From contig CM075997.1 of assembly GCA_038087875.1 (NCBI GenBank), positions 8,682,001 through 8,746,000 on the forward strand: a stretch of DNA of 64,000 nt, in the 5' to 3' direction. Every line of letters begins with the position of its first letter. Position 1 is the first letter of the stretch. This document shows positions 1 to 13,100 of this stretch, in pieces. Origin of the DNA: Malacoraja senta (Eukaryota). A model generated the notes under the pieces. It saw only the letters and a list, made by a program, of their open reading frames with translations, had not been told where the DNA came from and did not search any database. The translations under genes and the position numbers were made by a program.

Positions 1-1074
1 GTTATCCACGCATGCACTACCTTCCCTGATTTATTCTTTTGCCAAACTGGGATGAACAATTGTTGTAGTTCATCCATGCAGTTTTTAAATGCCTTCCATT
101 GTATATCCACCGTCAACCCTTTAAGAATCATTTGCCAGTCTATCTTGGCCAATTCACGTCTCATAACCTCAAAGTCACCTTTCTTTAAGTTCAGGACCCT
201 TGTTTCTGAATTAACAATGTCACTCTCCATCCTAATGAAGAACACAACCATATTATGGTCACTCTTGCCCAAGGGGCCATACACAACAAGACTGCTAACT
301 AACCCTTCCTCATTACTCAATACCCAGTCTAGAATAGCTTGCTCTCTCGTTGGTTCCTCTACATGTTGGTTTAGAAAACTATCCCGCATACATTCCAAGA
401 AATCCTCTTCCTCAGCACCCCTGCCAATTTGATTCACCCAATCTATATGTAGATTGAAGTCACCCATTATAATTGTTTTACCATTGTTGCACGCATTTCT
501 AATTTCCTGTTTGATGCCATCCCCAACTCCACTACTACTGTTAGGTGGCCTGTACACAACTCCCACTAGCGTTTTCTGCCCCTTAGTATTTCGCAGCTCT
601 ACCCATATCGATTCCACATCCTCCAAGCTAATGTCCTTCCTTTCTATTGCATTAATCTCCTCCCTAACCAGCAACGCTACCCCGCCTCCTTTTCCTTTCT
701 GTCTATCCCTCCTGAATATTGAATATCCCTGGATGTTCAGCTCCCAGCCTTGGTCACCCTGGAGCCATGTCTCCGTGATCCCAACTATATCATATTCATT
801 AATAACTATCTGCACATTCAACTCATCCACCTTATTACGAATGCTCCTTGCATTAAGATACAAAGCCTTCAGGCTTGTTATTACAACACTCTTACCCCTT
901 ATACAATTATGTTGAAATGTGGCCCTTTTTGATTTTTGCCCTGGATTTGTCTGCCTGCCACTTTTACTTTTCACCTTGCTACCTATTGCTTCTACCCTCA
1001 TTTTACACCCCTCTGCCTCTCTGCTCTTGCACCCATCCCCCTGCCACATTAGTTTAAATCCTCCCCGACAGCAT
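1..1074 (-). mobile_element. CR1-type LINE fragment: end of ORF1 and APE endonuclease part of ORF2
   Basis: The minus strand parallels the CR1 copy at 12566-13512 (ORF1 end followed by the endonuclease region). The + ORFs 52-432 and 454-915 are its antisense shadow. Confidence 0.8.
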
Positions 1075-1489
1075 TACAATTACAATTAGGTAATTAATTA
1101 ATTATATGCTTAATTTCAGGTCATCCAAGTAAGATGTTTTATATTTGTTTCAGAATGCTTCAATCTATAATAACTGAAAATGTCTATCAGTTCTCTTGAT
1201 TTTTAAGAAAGTTATGGGCTTTTGACTGTCCTCGATCACAGCTTTTGTATTAAGTCAATGGAAAAGCAATGCTAATTTCCAAGTATGAAAATGGCCATAA
1301 CTGTTTTAATACTTGAGATATGAAAGTGTCAAAGGTGTCAAATTAAACTTCTTTTTATGCTTTATCTGATGGGATAAATTGCAGACTTGATTTTTAAAAT
1401 ATCAACATTTTGTAACATTGCTACCAAGAGCCAAATCTAACTTGAAAATCTAGTCTTGAAAACATCCAGTGAATAAGCGAGTTCAGTAT

Positions 1490-2400
1490 TCTGACTGCGC
1501 ATGCCCAGGTCATAGGTCACTTGCTATAAACACTCTCGGCAGCTGTGCTGCGTTTCGTCCGTGGTCGGGGTCGGGTTTCTGGGCGCTGTTGAGTTGCTGC
1601 TGGGCCTTCCCCGCCCCTCCCGGGTGTCCCATCCCTGTCCGGGGTAGCTCTGGGCTGGCGGGGCAGTGGCGGCCCGGACTTGCAGCCGGCGCGGAGGGGC
1701 GCTGGCTCTGGCTCGGCTCTGCTCCAGCTCCAGCTCCCAGGGGGCCGATTCCTCAGCGGGTCGGGGACCATCGGATGCGCCTCTCGCCTTGTCCAGTGGC
1801 TGTCGGTTGGCCACCTCGGTGCCGGCGGGAGCCGAGCGCCGGTCATGCACACGGGGTGCTGCAGTGGCTCAGCGGGTCAAGCAACATCTCTGGAGATGGG
1901 TCTAGACCTGAAACGTCACCCATTCCTTTTCTCTGGGGATGCTGCCTGTCCCGCTGAGCTGCTGCAACATTTTGTGTGCCTCCGTTGATGGCTGGTGCTT
2001 GGGGGCCGGCGGCCACTGGGGGGGGGGTGCGGCTGGCGGTCCCCGGCTCGTCTGGGAGCAGGTTTCTCGGGAGTTGGAGCGGGGTTGGGCTGGAGTTGGC
2101 GCTTCTCCGCGCTGGCTGTGTGCCTGGGGCTGCTGCTGCTCCGGGCCGGTGTCCCGTCAGTCCGGGGTCGCCCCAACGTCTTCGGCCACCCATCGGGCGG
2201 AGATGGAACACTCAGCGGGACAGGGGGCGGTTCAATGACGGTTCGGCAGCGTTTGCTGCGCCAGGGAACAGACCCGCACCTCATCCGCAGCCAGGATTGA
2301 ACCCAGTTCCCTCTGCTGAGAATGTCTCTCCCCGTCTCCCACTCGCATCTGCCCCCTCTCTCTGTCTCTCGCTGTTACACCCCGATCTCCTGCTACCTGG
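1490..2400. promoter_or_regulatory. CpG-island-like GC-rich region, possible promoter or first exon
   Basis: Abrupt rise in GC and CpG; NRF1-like TGCGCATGCC at 1496-1505; TATAAA at 1525-1530; no convincing protein ORF. Confidence 0.4.
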
Positions 2401-2564
2401 CACCCCCGTTCCTCAGATTAAATATATTTTTAAACATAAATTATGAATAAAGAAAAGAATTTATACACAGATTATATAGCGATCACTTTGTTCGCTTTTT
2501 CTTTTTAGCGAATGACCTTTAACAAATCAATGATTCCTTGCATTTTTCGGAATACCAAACTCGC

Positions 2565-2755
2565 TTATTGGCCTCCACTGCTTTCTGAGGCATAGAATTC
2601 CACAGATTCACAACTCTCTGTGCGAAAAAGTTTTTCCTCATCTCAGTCCTAAATGGCCTACCCCTTATTCTTAAACTGTGACCCCCTGGTTTTGGACTCC
2701 CCCAACATCGGGAACATGTTTCCTGCATCTACCCTGTCCAATCCTTCAATAATTT
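2565..2755 (-). mobile_element. CR1 3' fragment
   Basis: Translates as HSLRIRGRPFRTEMRKNFFAQRVVNLWNS, the CR1 ORF2 C-terminus. Confidence 0.85.
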
Positions 2756-2899
2756 AAAAAAATGGGATTTCTAGACCAATGGAAAGGGTGTGGCTCCCAA
2801 AACAATCTTAGCCAAAAGATCATTGTTTTTTCTCTCTCTCATCACAACTTTCTTGTAGTCTACGACTATAAGTTAATACCAATCATAAAAATAATGCTT

Positions 2900-3099
2900 G
2901 CTAGGCAATCTTCTTCATGAAACGAAATTTGTCAAGTGAAACACTTTGTAGTTATAGCAGAGACTGAGACACGAGAGCAGGTTGAAAAAACGAAGGCAAC
3001 GAAAGCTGTTGGTTCGCACGTGCACAACTGATCCGGCCCTCATGGAAGTCGCATTTTGCCCAATCCGGCCCGTGACCCAATATGAGTTTGACACCCCTG
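2900..3099. mobile_element. hAT-like DNA transposon end
   Basis: Ends in GAGTTTGACACCCCTG (reverse complement CAGGGGTGTCAAACTC, a hAT-type TIR) at 3084-3099, with subterminal TCCGGCCC repeats. Inner boundary uncertain. Confidence 0.55.
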
Positions 3100-3394
3100 C
3101 CTTACACATATAAACATACACACAAACTCACATACACAGAACATAACACGTACACAAACACATATTGTGCGCGCACGAGTACACTTTCTCCATGTACTAC
3201 TTCCACCCAATCAACATGCAGTTATTGCAGTATCAGTCGTTGTAGTTACGTAAAATATACGATTATACGTATCGTATGATCATTACATATGTACTCTGAC
3301 TGGATATCATTGGACCGAAGTCAGTTAACTGTGTTTGCATGATTGTTTTATCGAATGTTCTTGCTTAAACCTAAACTATTGTCTATAGTATTGA

Positions 3395-3860
3395 ATGTGC
3401 AGTAAATTTGTGACGAGCAGTTGCGAAATGGATCACTTTACAAAGCCTAAGACCGTGGATGAAAGTGATTTAACAGGGATTGGATCTAATGAAAGTTCCA
3501 ATGACGATCTTATTCATCCTGGACCTCGCGGTGATACACGGTCAAGCAGGGATGGGGAACAGCCCGATGCACCAGAAGCAGTACCGTTGTGTTCATCTGC
3601 CAAGATGAAAGCTAAGTATGAAACCAAGTTTTCAGATCGGTGGCTTCATAACCCGCTGCAGAAGAAGACAGTGCTGTGAAGTTTGTACTGTTTTGTAGCA
3701 TTTGTAAAGTGGACATCACTATGGGGAAAAGTGCAATTATGAGACACAAAGAGAGCAAGACTCATCAGCAAGCTTCCAAAATCAGTGAGGATCTGGCTAA
3801 ATCACAACCTGGAATGCAAACTAACATTTCAGAAGAAAGGACAACAGCAACCTGCACAGT
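3395..3860 (+). pseudogene. Degenerate DNA-transposase N-terminus with BED/TTF-like zinc finger
   Basis: KYETKFSDRW followed by FCSICKVDITMGKSAIMRHKESKTH (CxxC...H...H) across a frameshift. Confidence 0.45.
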
Positions 3861-4424
3861 TGGATCCTTGCAAGGACATGCTCAAACTACATGCCAGGAT
3901 GCAGGGTAATGCAGATAATGTAGTGGCAGCTGAACTTCGCAGGAAATCATGGCTGAAGTCTGAAGAAGGGTCTCGACCCAAAACGTTGCCTATTCCTGCG
4001 CTCCATAGATGCTGCCTCACCCGCTGAGTTTCTCCAGCTAATCATTCCCTGTATGTTCTCATCCAAATCATTGATGTAGATGACAAACAATAACAGGCCC
4101 AGCACTGAACCTTGAGCCACACCACGAGTAACAGGCCCCTAGTCCGAGAAGCAACCTCCCACCATCACCCTCCGCTTCCTTCCTAGAAGCTAATTTTCTT
4201 TCCATTCAGCTATCTTTCCTTGGATGTCATATGTACCGACAGTGGAACAATTACATTTTTTACAGTGCAGATTTACAGGCCTATTAACCCAATATACATA
4301 GATACCCTGCAATAAACAAATATTCAATAAATTAATTACACCAATATTATTGCATAAAAGCCCTACAAGTGCATAAAATGTTGAGGGGAACAGATAGAGT
4401 GAATAGATGGGGCAGAGAAACTTT

Positions 4425-5802
4425 GGAAAATAGGTGCAGGAGGAGGCCCTTCGAGCCAGCACTGCCATTCATTTTGATCATGGCTGATCATCCACAATCA
4501 GTAACCCGTCCGTGCCTGCCTTCTCCACATATCCCTTGATTGCTCTAGCCCCAAGAACTTTACCAAACTCTGTTTTAAATTCATCCAGTGAATTGGCCTC
4601 CACTGCCTGTGGCAGAGAATTTCACAAATTCACAACTCACTGGGTGAAAATGTGTTTTCTCATCTCAGTTTTAAATGGCCTCCCCATTATTCTTGGACTG
4701 TGGGCCCTGGTTCTGGACTCCCCCAACATTGGGAAAATTCTTCCCGCATCTAGCTTGTCCAGTCCTTTTATAATTTTAGGTGTTTCTCTAAGATCCCCTC
4801 TCATCCTAAATTCCAGTGAATACAAGCGCAGTCTTTCCAATCTTTCCTCATATGACAGTCCCGCCATCCCGGGGATTAACCTCGTAAACCTATGCTGCAC
4901 TGCCTCAAAAGCAAGGATGACCTTCCTCAAATTAGGAGACCAAAACTGCACACAATACCCCAGGTGTGGTCTCACTAGGGCCCTGTACAACTGCAGAAGG
5001 ACCGCTTCTTTACTCAAATCCTCTCGTAATGAATGCCAACATGCCATTAGCTTTCTTCACTGTCTGCTGTACCTGCATGTTTACTTTCAGTGACTGGTGT
5101 ACAAGGACACCCAGGTCTCTTTGCACTTCCCATTTTCCTAATCTGACACAATTGAGATAATAATCTGCCTCCTTGTTCTTGCCGCCAAAGTGGATAACTT
5201 CACATTTATCTACATTATACTGCATTTGTCATGCATCTGCCCACTCACGCAACCTGTCCAAGTCACCCTGCAACCTCATAGCATCCTCTTCGCAGTTCAC
5301 ACTGCCACCCAGCTTTGTGTCATCTGCAAATTTGCTAGTGTTACTTTTAATTCCATCATCTAAATCATTAATATATTGTAAATATTTGCAGCCCCAACAC
5401 CGAGCCTTGCAGCACTCCACTCGCCACTGCCTGCCTTTCTGACAGGGACCCGTTTATTCCTACTCTGTTTCCTGTCTGCCAACCAATTCGCTACAAAATG
5501 TCAATGCCGTACCCCCAATACCATGTGCTCTAATTTTGCCCATTAATCTCCCGTGTGAAGCCTTATCAAAGGCTTTCTGAAAGTCCAGATACACTGCATC
5601 CACTGGTTCTCCTTCATCCATTTTACTTGTCACATCTTCAAAAAATTCCAGAAAATTAGTCAAGCAAGATTTCCCCTTCATAAATCCATGCTGACGGACC
5701 AATCCTTTTACTACTCCAAATGCGCCGTTATTACTTCTTTAATAATTGACTTCAGCATCTTCTCCACCAACGATGTCAGGCTAACTGGTCTATAATTCCC
5801 CG
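4425..5802 (-). mobile_element. CR1 LINE, 3' half (RT), degenerate
   Basis: [34 protein letters not shown] and [13 protein letters not shown] in broken frames; CR1 3' UTR near 4430-4560. Confidence 0.9.
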
Positions 5803-5910
5803 TCATCCCCACTTATCCAGAAATAGTAAAAATTTGCAGCTATGATAGTAGCAGCCATACCACCCACTCAGGTCAGCGTGGAGAGACTGTTTTCCGCACT
5901 GAAAATAATT

Positions 5911-6793
5911 AACCCAGCCCGTCCCCACGTACCTCGGTGTGAAGCTCGACAGAACGTTGTCATTCAAACAACACCTGGAAGGTGCCAAGGCAAAGACAAG
6001 TGCCCGTGCCGCACTGATACGCCGCCTAGCCGTCACCACATGGGGAGCCACGACGAAGACACTGCGCATGTCCACAGTGGCCCTGGTGTTCTCAGCCGCC
6101 GAGTACTGCGCCCCGGTCTGGTGCCGTAGCCCTCACACCAAGAAGCTGGATACTGCCCTCAACGGCGCCCTGCAGACTGTCTCCGGATGCCTACGAGCCA
6201 CCTCAGTAAACCAACTACCTGACCTCGCTGGCATCGCCCCAGCCAACATCAGACGAGAAGCAGCCACGCTGGCCCTCACTCGAAAGGCGCAGACGAGTGA
6301 ATCCCACCTCCTCCATCAGATCGTCACAGAGACACCACGACGAGTCACGTCAAGTCACGGCAACCCTTTGCCATGCAAGCCCAAGAGCTGCTCTGCACAA
6401 CACCGGCTGACGCTTCTAAGGCCGCCTGGGACAAGACGAGATGGAGAGACCAGTGGAAGTCAGCGGAACCATCTAGGTTACACCATTACATCAATGACCC
6501 CATGGACATCCCTGGCCAGGACCTGCCCCGAAAGCAGTGGACAACCCTCAAGCGCTTGAGGACAGGCATCGGACGCTATGGAGTAGCAATGACGAGGTGG
6601 GGCCTCGTGGACAGCGCCTCCTGCGAGTGTGGGGACCCAACACAGACAGTGGAGCACATAGTCACCAGTCATAGTCACCCAACCACCGGCCACCGAATGG
6701 TGAACAAGGTCTGATTGACCTGGACGATGACACGTTGGCCTGGCTCGCCTCAACGGAGCTGCAGGTCTAATAGACATACGACAGAAGAAGAAG
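5911..6793 (+). mobile_element. 5'-truncated I-group LINE (Vingi/Ingi-like)
   Basis: YLGVKLDRTLSFKQH...WGA...AEYCAPVW...LAGIAP..IRR, then RLRTG...CECG..QTVEH zinc-knuckle-like end; no RNase H visible; (GAA)n tail. Clade call is from memory of motifs. Confidence 0.65.
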
Positions 6794-7188
6794 ATTTAAG
6801 GGCTTCAATGTAAGAGGATCTGGCAGAAGCAATTCTGTTCCAAAGGACAAGTTGTTAATAAATTTTAGGTATGTACTTTTGTAGCAAACTTAACTACCTA
6901 TGCATTTACATTTAATTTCTAGTGCACGAGAATTTGTTTTTGTCATAATTTAGCCATTTAGCTCATACCTGTGGCCTTAGTTTAATAAATTTTGGTGGAA
7001 TGCTTTTATAATTTTTATGTAATTCAATGGAACTTTAATTTTGTCATGGTCCTTTCTGTAATTTCTTTTCCTTTTAGCATAATGAATTATGGTTTTTTTC
7101 CCCAAGAATAAACAATAAAAAAGCCACAATAGCATAGCTACAACCATTAGACTCAAAACTTTATGGACATGCGTTTAAAAGGCAGCCT

Positions 7189-8832
7189 TATGTACCAAAA
7201 TATTTTTTTTCTAAATTAAACTCTAATATTACAAATTTTGTTTGGGACTATAAATCACATAGAATTAAAAAAGAACACTTATGTAAATCAAAAGATGTCG
7301 GGGGACTTTCACTCCCGTATTTTCTGTATTACTATTGGGCAATATATATTAAGAATATAATTTACTGGTTGGATAGTTCAACCCAACAGACAGAATGGAT
7401 AAAAATGGAGAAAGAGGATTGTTACCCTTGTAATATAGGAACGATCCTCTTCTCCCCGAAAAAAAATGAACAATACAATATATAAGAAGAACCCAATTAT
7501 ACAAGATACAATAAGAATATGGAAACAAATAAAATTATCCTTAAAATTAAGAAACCTATCATTGTTAACACCGATAGCGAATAATCCTTTATTTAAACCA
7601 TCTATGATGGACAAAACATATAATCAATGGGAACGTTTAGGAATTAAAAGGATTGGGGACATGTATGAAAAGGGAGATTTACTATCATTTCAACAATTAC
7701 AATTAAAATTTAAACTGAAAAACAATCATTATTTTAAATATTTTCAGATTTGCAATTTCTTGAAGACATATATACAGGGATATCAAAAAATAACTCCTGT
7801 TATTGGAAGAAGTAATGAATATTAAAGCTGATACACAAAAATTAATATCATATTTATATAATAGTATTTTAAATATAGATTTACCTGCGACTGAGGTAAT
7901 TAGAGAAGAGTGGGAACGGGAATTAACGATAAAAATTATGAAGGTTACATGGGAAAAGTATTGACATACATTCACAAATGTTCGATTAATGCAAGACATA
8001 ATCTAATTCAATTTAAAATTTTACATAGATTGTATTACTCAAAAACAAGATTAAATAAATTTTATCCAAATATATCCCCCACTTGCGATAAATGTTTAAC
8101 CCAAGATGCAACTATAACACACTCTTTTGTTTCCTGTATAAAACTTCATAGATTTTGGAGTGATATTTTTGAAATATTCACAAAATTATTTAAGATAAAA
8201 ATGGAACCTAATAATGAATTGATTATATTTGGGGTAATAGATGGGAATAAATTGAATCCATCTCAAAAATTATTTTTTAATTATGGTTTAATAATAGCAA
8301 AAAAATTAATATTGAAATTTTGGAAAAATACACCAATACCAACGCTCAAAATGTGGATTGCAAGTATGTTGGACCGCACATCTTGAGGAAATGCGATTCC
8401 TCCTAATAGATAAATTTGACCAATTCACAACGAGTTGGTATCCATTTGTCGTATTTTTGGAATCATGTGGTGCAACACAATTGTAAAAGCTAATTCGTGA
8501 CTGGGCGAGGGATGGTCAAGATTATAAATAAGATCTCCTTACTTCTTTTTTTTTTTTTTCTTTTTCTTTCTTTTTCTTCTTTTATTTTATTTTTTCTATT
8601 TTCTATTTCTTAATTTTCTTCTTTCACTCTATTTTTCTTTTTTACACACTATATATCTCACATTTTTCTATTTTTCATTATCTAACTTCTTTTTCTTTTT
8701 CTCCTTTATTGTAAAAATAAGAAGCTGTACATAATATGCATTATGAAAATATGATTGTATACAATTGTACTTCTAATAAAATAAAAATAAAAAATAAAAA
8801 AATAATAAAATAAAAAAATAAAAAATAGAAAA
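7189..8832 (+). mobile_element. 5'-truncated L1-clade LINE (ORF2 C-terminus, A-rich tail)
   Basis: QFKILHRLYYSK...CDKC....TITHSFVSC; AATAAA plus A-rich tail; 12-bp TSD AAAAGGCAGCCT at 7177-7188 and 8833-8844; TTT/AAAA target site. Confidence 0.9.
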
Positions 8833-9699
8833 AAAAGGCAGCCTGATGATTCATGTGGTTCTTATGAAATGCCATCTTGTGTAATGTCATCACAGTAGAT
8901 TTAGAATGATTACACCTAGGGATCAGAGTCAGAGTCGGATACACAAGAAATCAAGTAGTTTTGGATGTTTTGGGTACGACTCTACAGCCCTGCTCTGGTC
9001 ACACTGCAGATTGTCTTTCCTCTTCTTCCCGACGTCATTTCCCGACTACCACGGATCTGCCTGCCCGAAGTATTAGTATCTCTAATTAGTATTTAGTAAC
9101 TCTAAAATCTAAGCAATACCCGGTGACTTGGCCTCCACCGCCGTCTGTGGCAATGAATTCCACAGATTCACTACTAAAGAAATTCCTCCCCATCTCCTTT
9201 CTAAAGGCATAGGTGGGAATGGCAGAGAGGGCTAGGGGCCAGACGCGAGCATGTGGGACTAGCTTCGATAGGCATGGCTGTGTGTTTCCGTGCTGTGGGA
9301 CTGACGGGGCTCAAAAGGGTAGTTGTTTGATGCTTCAGTCTGCAGCAACCCAGGAGAACTGTGGAACTCATTAGTTTGTTGTTCGGCACATCGACCGGGA
9401 GGTGAAGAAATCAGAGCGAACAGTGTACAGTGAAGACAAACGCAGTAAATGCAATATACAGTGCAGAAAAGTGCAAGATTCAAGATTGTGTTGCAGAAAG
9501 TCCGGAGTAGCATGGATGAGAGGTGCCGAAGGGCTTGTCCCCGGGCAGAGCGACCTCCGACGCTGTCCGTGTGGAGTTTGCACGCTCCTTCCCCCCCCCC
9601 CCCCAGTGGTGGACCAGATGCAGGTCGGGGCAGGGAGACGAGCTCAGCCTTCCAAGCCTCAATCCGAGCTAACCCTAACATCAGTCTGAAGAAGTGTGA

Positions 9700-9904
9700 G
9701 AAAGAACTGCAGATGCTGAATAAAATCGAAGGTAGACACAAAACGCTGGAGAAACTCAGCGGGTGAGGCATCATCCATGGAGAGAAGGAATTGGTGACGT
9801 TTCGGGTCGCAACCCGAAGTCTGAAGAAGGGTCTCGACCCAAAACGTCACTCACTCCTTCTCTCCATAGATGCTGCCTCACCCGCTGAGTTTGTCCAGCA
9901 TTTT
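9700..9904. repeat. Head-to-head pair of Penelope terminal-repeat units (palindrome)
   Basis: Arms 9740-9815 and 9829-9904 are imperfect reverse complements of each other and match the repeat downstream of the GIY-YIG ORFs. Confidence 0.8.
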
Positions 9905-10145
9905 ATAGACAAAGACAATAGGTGCAGAAGTAGGCCATTCGGCCCTTCGAGCTAACTGATTGTGGCTGATCATCCACATCAGTACCCCTTTACTGCCTTC
10001 TTCCCCATATCCCTTGAAATATTACCCCTCTCACCTTAAACCTATACCATCCAGTTCTTGATTCCTCTACCTCTGGGTAAAATACTGTGCATTATATAAT
10101 AACACAATAAATCAATGAGTAACATGTTCAAAATACCAAAGTCGG

Positions 10146-13100
10146 TAACCATATAACCATAACAATATAACCATAACAGCACGGAAACAGGCCATCTCGG
10201 CCCTTCAAGTCCGTGCCGAACACTTAAAAAAAAAATTTTTTTTACTTCCCCCTAGTACCATCTACCTGCACTCAGACCATAACCCTCCATTCCTTTCCCC
10301 GTCCATATACCCATCCAATCTATTTTTAAAGGATAACATCGAACCTGCCTCCACCACTTCCACTGGAAGCTCATTCCACACAGCTACCACATCTCTGAGT
10401 AAAGAAGTTCCCCCTAATGTTCCCCCTAAACTTCTGTCCCTTAATTCTCAAGTCATGTCCCCTTGTTTGAATCTTCCCTACTCTCAATGGGAAAAGCTTA
10501 TCCACGTCCACTCTGTCTAACCCGCTCATAATTTTAAAGACCTCTATCAAGTCCCCTCTTAACCTTCTGCGCTCCAAAGAATAAAGACCTAACTTGTTCA
10601 ACCTTTCTCTGTAACTTAGTTGCTGAAACCCAAGCAACATTCTAGTAAATCTCCTCTACTCTCTCTATTTGTTGACATCCTTCCTATAATTAGGCGACCA
10701 AAATTGTACTCCATACTCCAAAATTGGCCTCACCAATGCCTTGTACAACTTTAACACTACATCCCAACTTCTATATTCAATGCTCTGATTTATAAAGGCC
10801 AGCACACCAAAAGCTTTCTTTACCACCCTATCTACATGAGATTCCACCTTCAGGGAACTATGCACAGTTATTCCTAGATCCCTCTGTTCAACTGCATTCC
10901 TCAATTCGCTACCATTTACCATGTACGTCCCTATTTTGATTTGTCCTGCCGAGATGTAGCACCTCACATTTATCAGCATTAAACTCCATCTGCCATCTTT
11001 CAGCCCACTCTTCAAATGGCCTAAATCTCTCTGTAGACTTTGAAAACTACTTCATTATCCACAACACCACCTATCTTAGTATCATCTGCATACTTACTAA
11101 TCCAATTTCCACACCATCATCCAGATCATTGATGTACATGACACACAACAGTGGACCCAACACAGACCCCTGAGGCACCCCACTAGTCACCGGCCTCCAA
11201 CCTAACAAACAGCCATCCACCATTACTCTCTGGCATCTCCCATTCAGCCACTGTTGAATCCATCATGCTACTCCACCATTAATACCCAACAATTGAATCT
11301 TCTTAACCTACCTTCCATGAGGAACCTTGTCAAAGGCCTTACTGAAGTCCATATAGACAACATCCACTGCTTTACCCTCATCAAATTTCCCTAGTAACTT
11401 CTTCGAAAAATTCAAGAAGATTAGTCAAACATGACCTTCCAGGCACAAATCCATGTTGACTGTTCCTAATCAGACCCTGCTTATCCAGATGCTTATATAT
11501 ATTATCTTTAAGTATCCTTTCCATTAATTTGCCCACCACTGACGTCAAACTAACAGGTCTATATAATTGCTAGGTTTACTCTTAGAACCCTTTTTAAACA
11601 ACGGAATAACATGCGCAGTACGCCAATCCTATATTTCTAATGACATTTGAAATATTTCTCATAGCCCCTGCTATTTCTACACTAACTTCCCTCAATGTCC
11701 TAGGGAATATCCTGTCAGGACCTGGAGACTTATCCGTTTTCAAATTTTTCAAAAGTGTCCGCACCTCCTCTTCTTTGAATCTCATAGTTTCCATTGCTAC
11801 TCTGCTTGTTTCACTTACCTCACATAATTACATATCCTTCTTTTTGGTGAATACCGAAGAAAAGAAATTGTTCAATATCTCCCCCATCTCTTTTGGCTCT
11901 GCAGATAGCTGTCCACTCTGACTCTCTAATGGACCAATTTTATTCCTTGTTATCCTTTTGCTATTAATATAGCTGTAGAAAGCCTTTGGATTTACTTTCA
12001 CCTTATTGCCAAAGCAACCTCATATCTTCTTTCTTTCTTAATATTCTTTTTACATTCTTTATACTCCTCAAGCACCTCATTTACTCCATGCTGCCTATAA
12101 TTATTGTAGATCTCTCTCTTTTTCCGAACCGTGTACAATTTCCCTTGAAAACCATGGCTTTCCAATTTTTACTATTTCCTTTCAACCGAACAGGGACATA
12201 AAGATTCTGTACACTCAAAATTTCACCCTTAAATGTCCTCCATTTCTCTTCTACATCCTTCCCATAAAACAACATGTCCCAATTCACTCCTTTTAAATCC
12301 TTTTGCATCTCCTCAAAGTTAGCCTTTCTCCAATCAAAAATCTCAACCCTAGGTCCAGTTCTGACCCTCTCCATAACTATATTGAAACTAATGGTATTGT
12401 GATCACTGGACCCGAAGTGCTCCCCGACGCATACCTCCGCCACCTGCCCTGTCTCATTTCCTAACAGGAGGTCCAGCACTGCCCCTTCTCTAGTAGGTAC
12501 CTCTATGTATTGCTGCAAAAAACTATCCTGCACACATTTTACAAACTCCAAACCATCCAGCCCTTTTACAGAATGTGTTCCCAGTCTATGTGTGGAAAAT
12601 TGAAATCTCCCACAATCACTACCTTGTGCTTACAACTAATATCTGCTATCTCCTTACATATTTGCTCTTCCAATTCTCGCTCCCCATTTGGCGGTCTATA
12701 ATACACCCCTATAAGTGTTGCTACACCTTTCCCATTTCTCAGTTCCACCCAAATAGCCTCCCTAGACGAGCCCTCTAATCTATCCCGCCAAAGCACTGCT
12801 GTAATATCTTCCTTGACAAGCAATGCAACACCCCCACCTCTTGCCCCTCCAATTCTATCACCCCTGAAGCAACGAAATCCTGGAATATTTAGTTTCCAAT
12901 CACAGCCCTCCTGCAACCATGTTTCACTGATCGCCACAACATCATACTTCCAGGTGTCAATCCAGGCTCTAAGCTCATCCACCTTTCTTACAATGCTCCT
13001 AGCATTAAAATATACACATTTAAGAAACCCACCACCACTTATTCTCTGTTTATTATCTTTTTCTTCTTTCTCCCCTACATTTTGGGTCCGAGTGCTTCCC

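Larger units (their letters stand above)
5803..8992 (+). mobile_element. hAT transposon 3' part (dimerisation domain, 3' UTR, right end), interrupted by two LINE insertions
   Basis: IPPTQVSVERLFSALKII at 5842-5910 resumes after the insert as DLRASM*EDLAEAILF near 6793-6850. Terminal CGACTCTACAGCCCTG at 8977-8992 with GAGTC subterminal repeats. Confidence 0.65.

Noticed and set aside
1075..1425. AT-rich segment possibly a DNA transposon end
   Set aside because: No partner TIR, TSD or second copy in the window to support a call.
1469..2446. Multiple overlapping 100-160 aa ORFs on both strands
   Set aside because: Expected in GC-rich sequence; Pro/Arg/Gly-rich with no domain motifs.
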